A stretch of 64,000 nt of DNA. Source: Candidatus Eremiobacteria bacterium (GTDB lineage: Bacteria; Vulcanimicrobiota; Vulcanimicrobiia; Vulcanimicrobiales; Vulcanimicrobiaceae). Both the position numbers and the translations under genes were made by a program. Below, piece by piece: positions 19,242 through 31,605 of this stretch; positions within the stretch are counted from its first letter, which is position 1; each line of letters begins with the position of its first letter. The stretch is from the NCBI GenBank assembly GCA_963737065.1, contig CAVTRC010000001.1:32001-96000 (forward strand). The letters run 5' to 3'. Under the pieces are notes generated by a model. That model had not been told where the DNA came from. It searched no databases and saw only the letters and a program-made list of their open reading frames with translations.

Positions 19242-20405
19242 ATGCGAATATCGATTCTCGATCGCTACATCGTCTCCGCAATGATCCCGCCTTTCCTCTT
19301 CGGAATCGCGGCATTTCTGATTTTCTGGGCGTTCAACATCTTCTTCATCGCGTCCGACTTCATCATCAATCAGCACGCGCCGGTGCTGTTGGTGCTGCGT
19401 TTCGTTATCTACCGGATGCCGCAATGTACGCCGATGGCGTTTCCGTTTGGGTCGCTGCTCGCCGGACTTTGGGCGATGGGGCAGTTCGTGGGGAACAACG
19501 AAATCACCGCAATGCGCGCCGCCGGCATTTCGGTGTGGCGCATTGCAGTTGGGCCCGTGGTCTTCGGCATCGTAGCGGCGGTCGCGTGTTATTTCATCAA
19601 TGAAACGATCGCTCCACAGGCGGTCGACATTTCGACGCGCAGCTTCTACCAAATCGTCTATCATGCCGACGCGCTGCCGGCCGAGCAGCAAATCTTTCGC
19701 AAAGACACCGCGACGGATACGGTCTATTACGTCACGCAGGTGATGCCCGATAACACGACGCTCACCGGCGTGCAGATTTTCAAGGCGGCGCGAATGCAGC
19801 CGTGGAGCGAAACGCTGCAAGCGAAAACCGCCACGTTGAGCAACGGCTTTATGACGTTGCGCGCTCCGGTGATCTCGCGTTACGACGCGAAAGGCAACGT
19901 CACAAAGCAGAAAACGGGCAAAGATGTCACCGTGCCGCTGCCCAGCGGTGAGACGGCGAAAGAATTCCTAAGCAGCGTGAACTCCGATTCGTGGACGATG
20001 TCGAGCGGGCGATTGCGCCAGCAGATCGACGCGCTGCAGTCGCAGGGCATCGGTGGAACGGCGCTCGGCGTACTGCGCGTCAACCTTGCGAACAAGACTG
20101 CGTGGCCGTTTGCCTGCATCGTCGGCATCTTTCTTTCGGTGCCGCTTGCCATACGTTACGGTCATCGCGGACGGTTTGCCGGAATCGGTCTCTCGATCTT
20201 CGCGCTCTTCATCTACTATCTCATGGTCTCCGCCGCGTCGTCGTTTGGACGCACGGGCTTCATTGATGCGACGCTCTCGTGCTGGTTGCCGAATATCATC
20301 ATTAGCGTTGCGACGTTCGCATTGATGTGGACCGAGGAGCCGCTCATCTCGCTGCGTCCCCGCACCGTAATGCTACGGCGTGCCTCACGACCCGTTGAAC
20401 AATAG
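19242..20405 (+). CDS. LptF/LptG family LPS export permease
   Basis: ILDRYI, NEITAMRAAGIS, 3 TM + periplasmic domain + 3 TM, WLPNII. Confidence 0.9.
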   Translation: MRISILDRYIVSAMIPPFLFGIAAFLIFWAFNIFFIASDFIINQHAPVLLVLRFVIYRMPQCTPMAFPFGSLLAGLWAMGQFVGNNEITAMRAAGISVWRIAVGPVVFGIVAAVACYFINETIAPQAVDISTRSFYQIVYHADALPAEQQIFRKDTATDTVYYVTQVMPDNTTLTGVQIFKAARMQPWSETLQAKTATLSNGFMTLRAPVISRYDAKGNVTKQKTGKDVTVPLPSGETAKEFLSSVNSDSWTMSSGRLRQQIDALQSQGIGGTALGVLRVNLANKTAWPFACIVGIFLSVPLAIRYGHRGRFAGIGLSIFALFIYYLMVSAASSFGRTGFIDATLSCWLPNIIISVATFALMWTEEPLISLRPRTVMLRRASRPVEQ

Positions 20406-20523
20406 CGACCGGTCGACGCTGTTGTTCTCCTTCATACACAACGCATAGCGATCGACTTCAGCGGGTAACACGCGGACACAATTCGCTATTATCGCCAAGC
20501 CGTTCGGCTATTGGAGTGTTGCA

Positions 20524-21558
20524 ATGGAGCAACGCGTGTTTTCGCCCGTATCGCGCCGCGGTGCATTGAAAGTCGGCGGATCGATCGTCGCAGGAGCCCT
20601 CGCCGCCTGCAGTGGCGGCTCGAGTGCTTTCAATGGTTCGCCCGACGCAGCGCCCGTCAACGGAACGGGCGCAAGCAGTGCAGGAAGCGCGGCGAACGGA
20701 GCGGGTACCCGGTATTCCGCGCAGGCGCTGTCGCGACCGGCGATCGACCTGATTGAACGCATCATCAACGCCAAAGGCACCTATGAGGACGGTGTCCTTA
20801 GCATCGAACTCGACCGCAAAGACATCGATAACGTGCGCTGGCGCGGATACTTGGTTTTGCCGTCGTTCGAAATCAACGGAACGCTCGTCTTTCAATGCGC
20901 GAGCGGTGATTCGGTCTATCTCAATGCCGACATAGCGTTGAAATCGAGCGAAGTCGATCCGTTCATCGACGCTCTCATCCGCAACGACATCATTTTCCAG
21001 GCGCATCATCAGCATTTTTACTCGATGGAACCCGACGTTTGGTTCATTCACTTTCGCAAGTACGGGGAAACGGCTCAGGTCGCACGCGCGGTCAAGAACG
21101 CGCTCGACGTGACGGCGACGCCGTTCCCGCAAGCTCCGCCCGCGCATCCAACGACTCCGCTGCCCGCGGAGGAACTCGGTGACATCCTCGGCGCGAGTCC
21201 GAACATCGGCGATAACGGCGTCGTGACGTTTGACGTACCACGCGCAAATCCGATCGTTCTCGGTGGCGCACACATCAATCCGTATCTCAATGTTGCGACG
21301 AGTATCAGCTTTCAGCCGATCGGAGGTCAGAATGCGCTCGCCTCACCGGATCCCGGAATGATTGCATCCGAGGTTCAGAAGGTCGTGGCCTATATGCGCG
21401 CGCGTCACTGGGATAGCGGCTGCCTCTACAATCAAGAAACCGACGAACAACCGCAACTTTACTTCGATCACTTCATCAAGGCTGGCAACTCGCTGCAACT
21501 CGCACATGAGGTCCGAGGAGCGCTCGATTTGATGGACATGAGGTTCGAAACGCCGTAG
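20524..21558 (+). CDS. Tat-exported lipoprotein, DUF1259-like
   Basis: SRRGALK twin-Arg and LAAC lipobox; two repeats with AHHQHF...P.VWFIHF and LYNQE..EQPQLYFDHF. Confidence 0.7.
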   Translation: MEQRVFSPVSRRGALKVGGSIVAGALAACSGGSSAFNGSPDAAPVNGTGASSAGSAANGAGTRYSAQALSRPAIDLIERIINAKGTYEDGVLSIELDRKDIDNVRWRGYLVLPSFEINGTLVFQCASGDSVYLNADIALKSSEVDPFIDALIRNDIIFQAHHQHFYSMEPDVWFIHFRKYGETAQVARAVKNALDVTATPFPQAPPAHPTTPLPAEELGDILGASPNIGDNGVVTFDVPRANPIVLGGAHINPYLNVATSISFQPIGGQNALASPDPGMIASEVQKVVAYMRARHWDSGCLYNQETDEQPQLYFDHFIKAGNSLQLAHEVRGALDLMDMRFETP

Positions 21559-21566
21559 GCGCGCGC

Positions 21567-22313
21567 CTACTCCAAAATAGCCGATTCGGCTTCGACAGTG
21601 TGCGCGAGCCAAAAATCGAACGACGCGCGCGCCTGCGCTTCCAGCATGGCGTCGCCGGGCACGATCTCGCGCTCTAGTTGATGATGCAATGTCGAACGCG
21701 CGCCGTAGTTCGTGTCCATGACGATATCTGCGCGCATCAGCGAGTCGAGCATCGGCGGTTCGAACCGCACCTTCGGCGGCAACGTGCTGATGACGATCTC
21801 CGGTGGGCTATCGTACGGCCATTCTTTTGCGTCGTAACGGTTGCACGCGCCCGCGACTTTCTGAGCGTCGCGTCCCCACACGAAGAGATACGCATCGTTC
21901 TCTTGGAACTGGCCGAGAATCGCGCGCGCCGTCGCACCGTATCCCAAAATGCCGATGCGTTTGAGCGAGATCGGCTCTTCCAGCAAATTTTCCAGCGCGT
22001 CGCGCGCGCCAATTCCGTCGGTGTTATGGCCGAGAATCTCACGACCAAAGAAAATCGAGTTGACCGCCTGCGCGCGTTCCGCTTCCTCCGTCAGCGCATC
22101 GCACGCTTTGAGCACTTCTTGTTTTAGCGGATAGGTTACATTGCAGCCCGTGTACGCGTCGAGGCGCATGCGCCGTACAACGGAAATCGCATTGATCTTC
22201 GGAACCCGAATCGCGACGTAGCTTCCGTCCATCTCCGCCTCGCGCAACAACCGCCGGTAAATTTCGGGACTCCGGCTGTGTTCGACGGGATCGCCGATGA
22301 GCGCCAACTTCAC
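21567..22313 (-). CDS. aroE: shikimate dehydrogenase
   Basis: IGDPVEHSRSP, NVTYPLK, AVNS, GHNTDGIG, GYGATARA. Confidence 0.88.
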   Translation of the reverse strand: MKLALIGDPVEHSRSPEIYRRLLREAEMDGSYVAIRVPKINAISVVRRMRLDAYTGCNVTYPLKQEVLKACDALTEEAERAQAVNSIFFGREILGHNTDGIGARDALENLLEEPISLKRIGILGYGATARAILGQFQENDAYLFVWGRDAQKVAGACNRYDAKEWPYDSPPEIVISTLPPKVRFEPPMLDSLMRADIVMDTNYGARSTLHHQLEREIVPGDAMLEAQARASFDFWLAHTVEAESAILE

Positions 22314-22795
22314 CCTTCCGGCCGCTCCGGCAACATCAGTTTTTCGAAGAATCGAAAGACTTTGGTGATCGGGAAGTCTTTAGCTTCGATCGGTTCCGTG
22401 AGAATCGTGTACAAACCGCACAGTTTACCCGAGAGCACGTCGGTAAAGAGCTGATCGCCGACGACGGCGACTTGCTTGCGCGGCAGTCCCAGCATTTTCA
22501 CCGCGCGCATCACGCCGAACGGTAGCGGTTTGAGCGCGTTCGGAATACACGGAATACGCAGTTGATTCGCGATACCGGTCACGCGGGCGGTGAAATTGTT
22601 GGAAACCATCACCATCTTGAAGCCGCGTTCGTGCGCGCGTTCGCACCACGCGAGGTGATCGGCGCACAGTTCGGTTTGCCGGAAGCCCATCAGGGTGTTG
22701 TCGAGGTCGACGATCAGCCCGCAAAACCCTAACTCCTCGAGATGCTCGTGCGGGACGTCGGCAAGACGCGATACGTAGCGGTCGGGACCCAACAT
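22310..22795 (-). CDS. yqeG: YqeG-like HAD IIIA phosphatase
   Basis: DLDNTL, SNN, KP, VGDQLFTDV; adjacent to aroE. Confidence 0.85.
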   Translation of the reverse strand: MLGPDRYVSRLADVPHEHLEELGFCGLIVDLDNTLMGFRQTELCADHLAWCERAHERGFKMVMVSNNFTARVTGIANQLRIPCIPNALKPLPFGVMRAVKMLGLPRKQVAVVGDQLFTDVLSGKLCGLYTILTEPIEAKDFPITKVFRFFEKLMLPERPEG

Positions 22796-22931
22796 GGCCT
22801 GAGCGTTCCCAGCTTATCCCCGGTATCCTCGGATTGCTCCACAGGCCGCCCGCAACGCCAGCCGCTCATCCGCAACATCTCCGCGGGATTCGCGTTCCAT
22901 CCACACCCAACCACAAGGAGCCGCGGCGCCG

Positions 22932-22979
22932 ACCCCATATCTTGTGTTTACCATCGCGGTATGCCACAATAGGTATCCC
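22932..22979 (+). promoter_or_regulatory. tandem NrdR boxes upstream of nrdJ
   Basis: accccatatcttgtgt (22932-22947; 13/16 to acaCwAtATaTwGtgt) and weaker ccacaataggtatccc 32 bp downstream. Confidence 0.7.
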
Positions 22980-23061
22980 ACGAGCACGTTTTGTGTGTTC
23001 GCCTACATCCACGCACGAGGCGAACAGGTGTTCGATGAAACGCGCGCCGAAGGAGCAACGC

Positions 23062-26000
23062 ATGAAGTTTCGCCGTCTTTATTCAGCGCCCGGCGACCCA
23101 TACGCGGGGCTTACGTTCGAGCCGCGCACATCGCGAATCGTGAATCCCGACGGATCGGTGATTTTCGAAGCGAAAGATGTGATGGTTCCCGAGGGCTGGA
23201 GCCAGGTCGCGGTCGACGTGCTTGCCCAGAAGTACTGCCGCAAGGCCGGCGTTCCAACGGCGACGACGCGCGTGCCGGAACCAGGCGTGCCGGAATGGCT
23301 GTGGCGGTCGGAAGCCGCGTCCGATTCAGCCTTCGGCGCCGAGCGCGACGCGCGCCAGGTCTTCAACCGTCTCGCCGGATGCTGGACGTATTGGGGTTGG
23401 AAGTACGGCTACTTCGATACCGAGGAAGACGCGCGCGTCTATTTCGATGAAATGGCCGCGATGCTCGCGCGCCAAATCGGCGCGCCAAATAGTCCGCAAT
23501 GGTTCAATACGGGCTTGCATTGGGCGTACGGTATTTCAGGTCCGGCGCAAGGCCACTATTTCGTCGATCCGCGCACGAATGAAGTGAGGAAATCCGCGAA
23601 TGCGTTCGAGCATCCGCAGGTTTCAGCGTGCTTCATCCTTTCGATCGAAGACGACTTGGTCAATGAAGGCGGCATCTTCGACGGCATCGTGCGCGAGGCG
23701 CGCATCTTCAAAGGCGGCTCCGGTTCCGGCGCCAACTTCTCGAAGATTCGCAGCGCCGGCGAAAAACTCACGGGCGGCGGTACGTCGAGCGGCTTGATGT
23801 CGTTCCTCAAAGTGTTCGATCGTGCCGCAGGCGCGATCAAATCCGGCGGCACGACGCGCCGCGCAGCAAAGATGGTCGTGCTCAACGCCGATCATCCCGA
23901 CATCGAAGAATTCGTCACGTGGAAAGTGCGCGAGGAACGCAAAGTCGCCGATCTCGTCATCGGTTCGCGCATTCTTGAAGAGCAACTGAACGCGATTCTC
24001 GCCGCCGCGCATGACACCCGTATTCCGGAAGCCGCGCGTCTCGACGTCGCGCTCAATCCGCATCTTCGGAGCGCGGTGCGCAAAGCGCTCGCGATGGGCG
24101 TTCCCAGCGGTGCGACGCAACAGGCGCTGGACTACGCGCGTCAGGGCTACACGCGTCTCGAAATCGAGCAATACGATACGGGTTGGGATTCCGAAGCGTA
24201 CGGAACCGTTTCGGGACAGAATTCGAACAACTCCGTGCGTTGCCGAATTCGTTCTTCAACGCGCTCGATAACGAACGACGATTGGCATCTTACGTCGCGC
24301 ACGAAGGGCAACATCGTCAAGACCATCAAAGCCGCCGATCTCTGGGAAGAAATCGGTCTTGCCGCATGGCAATGCGCCGATCCCGGACTTGCAATTCGAC
24401 GACACGATCCAAGAATGGCACACGTGCGCAAACGACGATCGGATAAACGCTACTAATCCATGCGTCACGGGTGACACGCTCATCTCAACGGCGGATGGCC
24501 CCGAACGCATAGCTGATCTGGTTGGAAAGGCTGCGTTCGTCATCGGCTCCGACGGCAAGCCGCACTTTGTCAACAAATCTTTCCAACAGGCCGAAAGACG
24601 GTCTATCGTCTAGCCACAAAGTCCGGGTACACGCTGGATCTCACGGCTGACCACAAGGTTGAAACCGCCAATCGCGGTGATGTGCCCGCGCAAGATTTGC
24701 GGCCGGGAGACCATATTGTGCTTTCCGGTTCCGGTTTCGGAAGCGTTGCGATCGATGAAAAGATCGCATTCGGAATTGGCGCGGCGGTTGCTGACGGGTG
24801 CGTTACAAATGGAAGCAACGTTGGCCTCATTATTACGATGCACGATGATGAGGAGCCGGTGCTGGCTGATATTGCGCGTGCAACTCTCGTCACAAAACCG
24901 CCGTCGACGTCCGGGCCTCGCATTTCGACAACGAACGCCCGCGTCGTAGAGCTGTTTTCGACGTACGCGGTTTTGAACGAGGGTAGCGGCGCTAAACGCT
25001 TTACGGACGCCATTTATCGCCTCGATCGCACGTCGACTGCCGCAATGCTGCGCGGACTATTTACCGCGGATGGAACGGTGGCCAACTCTGGCAAAAAGTC
25101 CCAGTACGTCTCGCTAGACTCGTGTTCGATCGAATTACTCCGCCAGGTACAGTATTTGCTGTTGTCATTCGGCATTAAATCGAAGCTGTACAGCGATCGC
25201 CGCACCACGTCATCGTCAATGTGTCCCGATGGCACAGGCAGCCTCGCCCGATACAATGTCATGCAGATGCACTCGCTTCGTGTTTCTCGCTCATCGCGCA
25301 AAACATTTGAACGAGAGATCGGCTTCCACCCGGCGTCGCACAAGGCTGCAGCATTGAAGCGCGTAAATGAGACGGTGGCGTGCTATGCAGATACGTTGTC
25401 TGATGAATTTGCGCACCTCGTTGAAATTGGAGAAGCAAACGTCTACGATTTGACTGAGCGCGATACGTCGCACTTCGTTGCAAATGGGCTACGAGTACAT
25501 AATTGTTCGGAATACATATTCATAGATGACACCGCGTGCAATTTGAGTAGCATGAACCTCGTCAAATTCGAAACGCCGCAGGGTGGATTCGACGCGACAA
25601 CGTTTCGCCGAGGCGTCCCGCATCTGGACGACGACGCTCGAAATCTCCGTGACGATGGGCCAGATGCCGTCGAAGGCGATCGCCGAGAAAAATCATGGTT
25701 ATCGCACGCTCGGCCTCGGTTACGCCAACCTCGGAACGCTCTTGATGCGCATGGGCTTGCCGTACGATTCAGAAGAAGCCTACGGCTGGTGTGCCGCAAT
25801 CAACGCGCTCATGACCGGTGCCGCGTATCGAACGTCGGCCGAAATGGCGCAACAACTCGGTCCTTTCGCGCGCTTTCGAGCAAACCGCGAACCAATGCTG
25901 CGCGTCGATTCGGAATCACCGCAACGCCGCTTACAACGGTACGCTCGGCGAGTACGAAGGTTTAACGGTAAAGCCGGTCACGTACGCTCCGACGCTTTTT

Positions 26001-29000
26001 ACGCAAGAGACGTGGGCGCTCGCACGCCGGATGTGGGACGATGCGCTATCGATCGGCGAAGTCGCCGGTTTTCGCAACGCACAGACCGTCGTTATCGCGC
26101 CGACCGGCTGCCTTGCCGGAAATTCGATGGTCATTACCGACCGCGGTCTAATGCGACTCAATCGACTTGGCAACGTCGATGGCGACAAGTGGCAAGATGT
26201 CGACTTCCGCGTTCTGACGGACGATGGCGAGCAAAAGGCGACGAAATTCTTTGTGAACGGCGTCGAGCACACTCGTCGAGTCATAACGAAGAGCGGCTAT
26301 GTCATTCAGGGAACGCCGACGCATCGCATTAAGGTGCTCGACGCAGCGACCGGCGATCTTCAATGGAAGCGCATGGCCGATGTTACGCAGAAGGACGTCG
26401 TAGCGTTGTCCATGGGCAAATTCATCGGCTCGCCCAAGGCCGTCGGCCTTCCCGATCTCAGCGAAGAGTATTGGACCGGCGACTATACGACGCGGGTACC
26501 GCGTCAAGTAAACGCGGAGTTAGCAGAGCTCATCGGCTACTTCATGGGAGATGGTTCGTTCCACAGCAAAGGCCTTCGTTTGTGCGTCTCCAACGGAGAC
26601 GATGACGTTATCACGCGACTTCAGTGCTTATCGAAGTCGTTGTTCAACATCGACGCGTCCATTGCGCGAACGACCGGCTACACTGAAGTTGCGATTACAT
26701 CGGTCCCGCTCACGCTCTGGTGGGAGGCGTGCGGCTTTAAAAAGCTGCCGCCACACCACGGCCATCGAGGTAAAGGTTACGTGCCTCGTGTTCCGGACGC
26801 TGTGCTGGCCACGAACGATCCGGCGGTTTACGGGGCGTTTGTCCGCGGTCTGTACGAAGCGGACGGAACGGTCACCGCAGGTTCGCCGACGTGGTCCACG
26901 GCCTCACGTGAGTTCGCCGACGAGGTGAAGACGCTCTTGCTGCTTCTCGGGGTGCCAACTACAACGAAGATCGGCATCTCCGGCTGGGGGCAATCCGAAA
27001 TATACTGCACCCGCGTGCTCAACATGTCGTACACGCAGAAATTCATGGACGTCGCGGGATTCATTGGTGCGCGCAAACGTCTTAGCGTGCGGTTCAACGA
27101 TACGTGGCAAGGACGCAAGCACGACAATGTTTACATCGGCGAATCAGCGTTTCGAGAACTCGTTACGAGTGGGAATGTGCCCAAGGGCGTTTTCTATAAC
27201 TCAAACAAGCGAAATCGCGGTGCCATTTCACGCCACCTTGCATCAGCGATTGTTGAACAAACCCGCAACGAAACATTGGCCTGTTCGCTCGACTTCTATT
27301 ACGACACCGTAGCAGCTAATGAAGACGGCGGCGAGCAACTGACCTACGATCTGTCGGTACCCGCGAACGTTACATACATTGCAAATGGCTTCATATCGCA
27401 TAATACGATCGGCCTCGTCATGGATTGCGATACGACCGGCATTGAACCCGACTTCGCGTTGGTCAAGTTCAAGAAACTCGCGGGCGGCGGCTATTTCAAG
27501 ATCGTTAATCAGTCGGTTGACGTTGCTTTGCATCGCCTCGGATATTCGCAAGAACAGATCAATGCGATTGAAGCGTATGCGAAGGGAACCGGTACGCTCA
27601 ACGAAGCGCCGCACATCAACCGTGCGACCTTAAAGGCAAAAGGCTTCGACGATGAGGCGGTTGCGCGCATCGAGGCTGCGACTCCCCGGCGCATTCGAGC
27701 TGCCCTTCGTCTTCAATAAATTCGTCCTCGGCGAGGAATTCTGCAAAGAGAAACTTCACCTCACTGACGAGCAACTCAACGACTTCAACTTTTCGATCCT
27801 GCGTGACGGACTTGGCTTCAACGCGTCGCAAATCGAGGAAGCGTCGGCGCACATTTGCGGCCGTATGACGCTCGAAGGTGCGCCGTATTTGAAAGACGAG
27901 CATCTTCCCGTCTTCGATTGCGCGACGCCTTGCGGCAAGCACGGCACGCGCTACATCCGGCCTCTCGCACACATCGAGATGATGGCGGCGGCGCAGCCGT
28001 TCGTCTCGGGCGCGATCTCGAAGTGCGTGGTTGGCGAAACGCTGCTGACAACAGAACAAGGCCTCATACGTATCGAGTCACTCCATCAAGGCGAGCACGA
28101 CGACTCCTTCCGCGAGCATCGCATGCGCGTCGCCTCGCTGAACGGAACCCAAACGACTGACGCGTTCTATTACGGCGGAAAGCGGGCCGTTCGCGAAGTT
28201 CGCCTACGTTCTGGGCATCGCGTCGTCGGAACCCCGAATCATCGCGTATTGACGTGCGGCGATCGTGGCCTCGAGTGGCGGTATCTTTCCGATATCAAAC
28301 CTGGCGAATACATCGCAACGCAATACGGCGATGACATGTGGTCGAATGAACCTGCTCGCTTCGATTCGTTCACCGCATCTGCCAAGTATGGCTCGCAGAA
28401 AGATCTTGTCGTTCCTGCGCAGATGAGCGAGGATCTTGGATTCTTCTTAGGCGCTTACGCCGCCGAAGGCCATACGTCGCGCTCGAATTACACCGTGACG
28501 ATCACGAACGCGATTGACTCTGTCCTCGAACGTGTTCAACAAGCGGCGCGAAACGTTTTTGGGATCGAAGGAAAGATTCTCCGTCCTGAAAATCGGTGTT
28601 CGAGCATCGTTTTTGCATCCAAGACGTTGGTCGAGTTCCTTGAATACCTCGGTGCAGGTTCGCGTGCGTCGAACAAGCGCATCCCTGACGCAGTGTTACG
28701 TTCAACGCGCGAGCACGTACTCGCGTTTCTCACCGGCCTCTTCCTTGATGCCTACGTGACGACCACCAGCATGAAGAAGTGGGCGATCTGTCTCGATTCG
28801 GCTCAATTGCTTGATGATGTACAAGCGGTTCTCACGAATCTCGGTATCGTTCACAGCCGCATAGAGAAACTAAATCGCGAAAACGGAAAAACCTACGGTG
28901 AAGTGTATGCAAGCGGTCGCCAAGCGCAAAGGCTGCTCTCGCTCGTTCAATTCCCTGAACCACTAAAACTTGCTCGCTCGTGGGCGGTACTCACCGCGAA

Positions 29001-30324
29001 CATCGCACAAAGTACGGCGGACGTCATTCCAGGCCTTGAAGGGCGCGCGCTTTACAACATGCTGCTCACGGGCCGCTCCGGCAAGTCCGGGACCGGCACG
29101 AGCGTTCGTCGTCGCTACACGAAGCTACTCGATCCGAGGACGAAGGCCGTGTCGTGGGATACCGTTCGCGAGCTCGCACGCGACATCGAATTGCCGGAAT
29201 GGCTCGACGAGATCGTCAACCGTAACCTGCACTTCAGTCCGGCCGAATCCGTTCGTGATGCCGGCGAGCGGATCGTCTATGACATTTCCGTTCCTGTCTC
29301 ACATGCGTTCGTCGGCAACGGAATCGTCAATCATAACACGATCAATCTGCCTCAATCCGCAACGATCAACGACGTCAAGGAGGCGTATCGCTACAGCTGG
29401 GAACGCATGATCAAAGCGGTTGCGCTCTATCGCGATGGTTCGAAACTCTCCCAGCCGCTTGCAGCAAGCTACGATCTCGGGGGAGAGGTCGCGCCCGAGG
29501 ACGACACGATCGCAACAGCGGCGTTCCAACAGCCGCTGCAAGTCGCCGAGAAGATCGTGTACCGCTACATCGCCAAGCGCCGCCGCATGCCGGAACGGCG
29601 CAGCGGTTACACGCAAAAGGCCGTCATCGGCGGGCACAAAGTCTACCTGCGCACCGGCGAATACGACAACGGGCAGCTCGGTGAGATCTTCATCGACATG
29701 CACAAAGAAGGCGCCGCGTTCCGTTCGCTGATGAACAACTTCGCGATTGCCGTTTCGCTCGGATTGCAGCACGGCGTGCCGCTCGAAGAATACGTCGAAG
29801 CGTTCACGTTCACGCGCTTCGAGCCGAACGGTCCGGTCGTCGGCCATCAGAACATCAAGATGGCGACGTCGCTCCTCGACTACATCTTCCGCGAACTGGC
29901 GGTGAGCTATCTAGGCCGCTACGATCTCGCGCACGTGCAACCGTCGATGGAAATGGACGCGATGGGAGTCGAGGAAACCGAAGACTACATCGCGGAAGAA
30001 CCCGGGCCGACGCAAGTGCGTCGAGCCGGAGTCGCGGAGCAGTTCCATCCGGTGTCGACGCATCTGCGTCCGGGATCGGAAGCACACGCGGGTGTCGCGA
30101 CCGATGAGCCGCCGATGCAAGCGCCGGCGATGCACGATACGGCAAGCGCGCAACCGCATGCGTCAGCGACGACGGCCGTCATGTCAAAGACGCAAGCGGT
30201 AAACGCTGCGAAAGCAAAGGGGTACACCGGAAACGCCTGTGGCGAATGCGGCCAACTGACGATGGTTCGAAACGGCGCATGTGAGAAGTGCGACAACTGC
30301 GGGGCGACGAGCGGATGTAGCTAA
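23062..30324 (+). CDS. nrdJ: vitamin B12-dependent class II ribonucleotide reductase with three inteins; about 7 single-base indels
   Basis: [59 protein letters not shown]-terminal Zn ribbon ..CGATSGCS. Confidence 0.95.
24461..25503 (+). mobile_element. intein 1 with LAGLIDADG endonuclease, at the NPCxE active-site Cys
   Basis: [10 protein letters not shown]...[19 protein letters not shown] and LRGLFTADG; 1043 nt (one A missing near 24577). Confidence 0.93.
26109..27404 (+). mobile_element. intein 2 (432 aa) with LAGLIDADG endonuclease
   Basis: [12 protein letters not shown]...[20 protein letters not shown] and [10 protein letters not shown]. Confidence 0.95.
28024..29337 (+). mobile_element. 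intein 3 (438 aa) with LAGLIDADG endonuclease
   Basis: [12 protein letters not shown]...[21 protein letters not shown] and divergent [10 protein letters not shown]. Confidence 0.95.
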
Positions 30325-30492
30325 AATGGTGTCGAATTCCATTTGATGCACCATTGTGCCGTCTGATGGGGCGCTCGTAAACGGATTGCCGGCACGCTTC
30401 GCGGTGCCCCGCATCATTCAGAAACTCTTATACGAAAAGCCCTTTTATCGACGGTTGCATCGTTTGGAACATTGTTGCATAATACGAGACAT

Positions 30493-31605
30493 ATGGATGC
30501 ACGCCATTTAGGACTCGATCTGCCCGGCGCTGCCCGTTTTGAGTTGCCGGACTACGTCACGCAGCTCGATCCTGGCGACGCCGTTTTTCAAGCGATGCTG
30601 CGAGGATGGCGAGCCCAACAGCACAGTCGTCAGCTGACCGACGACACGATCGAGGCTCGCGAACGCTACGTGGTGCGCCTACATCTATTCACAAACCAAT
30701 ACCCATGGCAGTGGCGCCCAGCCGCGCTTGAAGATTTCACATCGCACGAGTTCCGCTCCAAACAACGCGCGAAGTCGACGATTCGCGGCATGCACAACGC
30801 TATCGGGCTTTTCTGCGAATACATCACCGACATTCGGTACGATTGGGTCGCGATCTGCCGCGAGCTGTTTGACGCGACACCGATCCAGATTTGCACCGAG
30901 ATGAATACGCTCGGGCACGCGAGCGACTACGAAGGCGACCCTGAGCGACGTCCGTTCACTCGACGCGAACTGCAAGATTTCTTCGACTACATCGACGATC
31001 GCTATTTGAAGGTTCGCAAGCTCGGACGCAAGGGCGCGCTGGCACTACTCCGCGACTCAACGCTCTTTAAGAGCATCCTGGGCTGGGGTCTACGGCGTCG
31101 CGAGGCGAGCCGGCTCTCCATGAAAGACCGCCGACGCAATCCCGCTATCCCGGAATATGGCGTCTATGGTGGTCTGCACGAGCGCTACGGAAAAGCGGTG
31201 AAGGGCGGACCGCCTAAGCGGCGCCTTGTCCTGAGCATGCCGCATTTTGAGTGGGCAATTGAGGCACTCAAATACTACTGCGAAGAAGTGAGGCCGTTGC
31301 TCAATCCTGGCAATCACCCGGCAATATTCATCTCGGAACGTGCAACATACATGGATCCCGGTTGGATCGATCATCGGTTTCAAGAGTTTAGGTCCGGAGC
31401 CGGTCTCCCGGACGACCTGGATCTTCACTGTTTGCGCCATACCTACGTCACGTATCTCGCGGAAGAGAACGTCGACGGCCTGCTCATCCAAGATCAAGTC
31501 GGGCACGAATGGGGCGCCACCACGGGCATCTATACGCACGTGTCGCGTGATTTCAAGGTGAGCAAGCTCAAGGAACTGTACGGCGACCTCTACGGGCAAG
31601 CATAA
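30493..31605 (+). CDS. tyrosine recombinase/integrase
   Basis: GLRRRE (R), GKAVKG (K), HCLRH (HxxR), QVGH, GIYTH (Y): full catalytic set. Confidence 0.93.
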   Translation: MDARHLGLDLPGAARFELPDYVTQLDPGDAVFQAMLRGWRAQQHSRQLTDDTIEARERYVVRLHLFTNQYPWQWRPAALEDFTSHEFRSKQRAKSTIRGMHNAIGLFCEYITDIRYDWVAICRELFDATPIQICTEMNTLGHASDYEGDPERRPFTRRELQDFFDYIDDRYLKVRKLGRKGALALLRDSTLFKSILGWGLRRREASRLSMKDRRRNPAIPEYGVYGGLHERYGKAVKGGPPKRRLVLSMPHFEWAIEALKYYCEEVRPLLNPGNHPAIFISERATYMDPGWIDHRFQEFRSGAGLPDDLDLHCLRHTYVTYLAEENVDGLLIQDQVGHEWGATTGIYTHVSRDFKVSKLKELYGDLYGQA

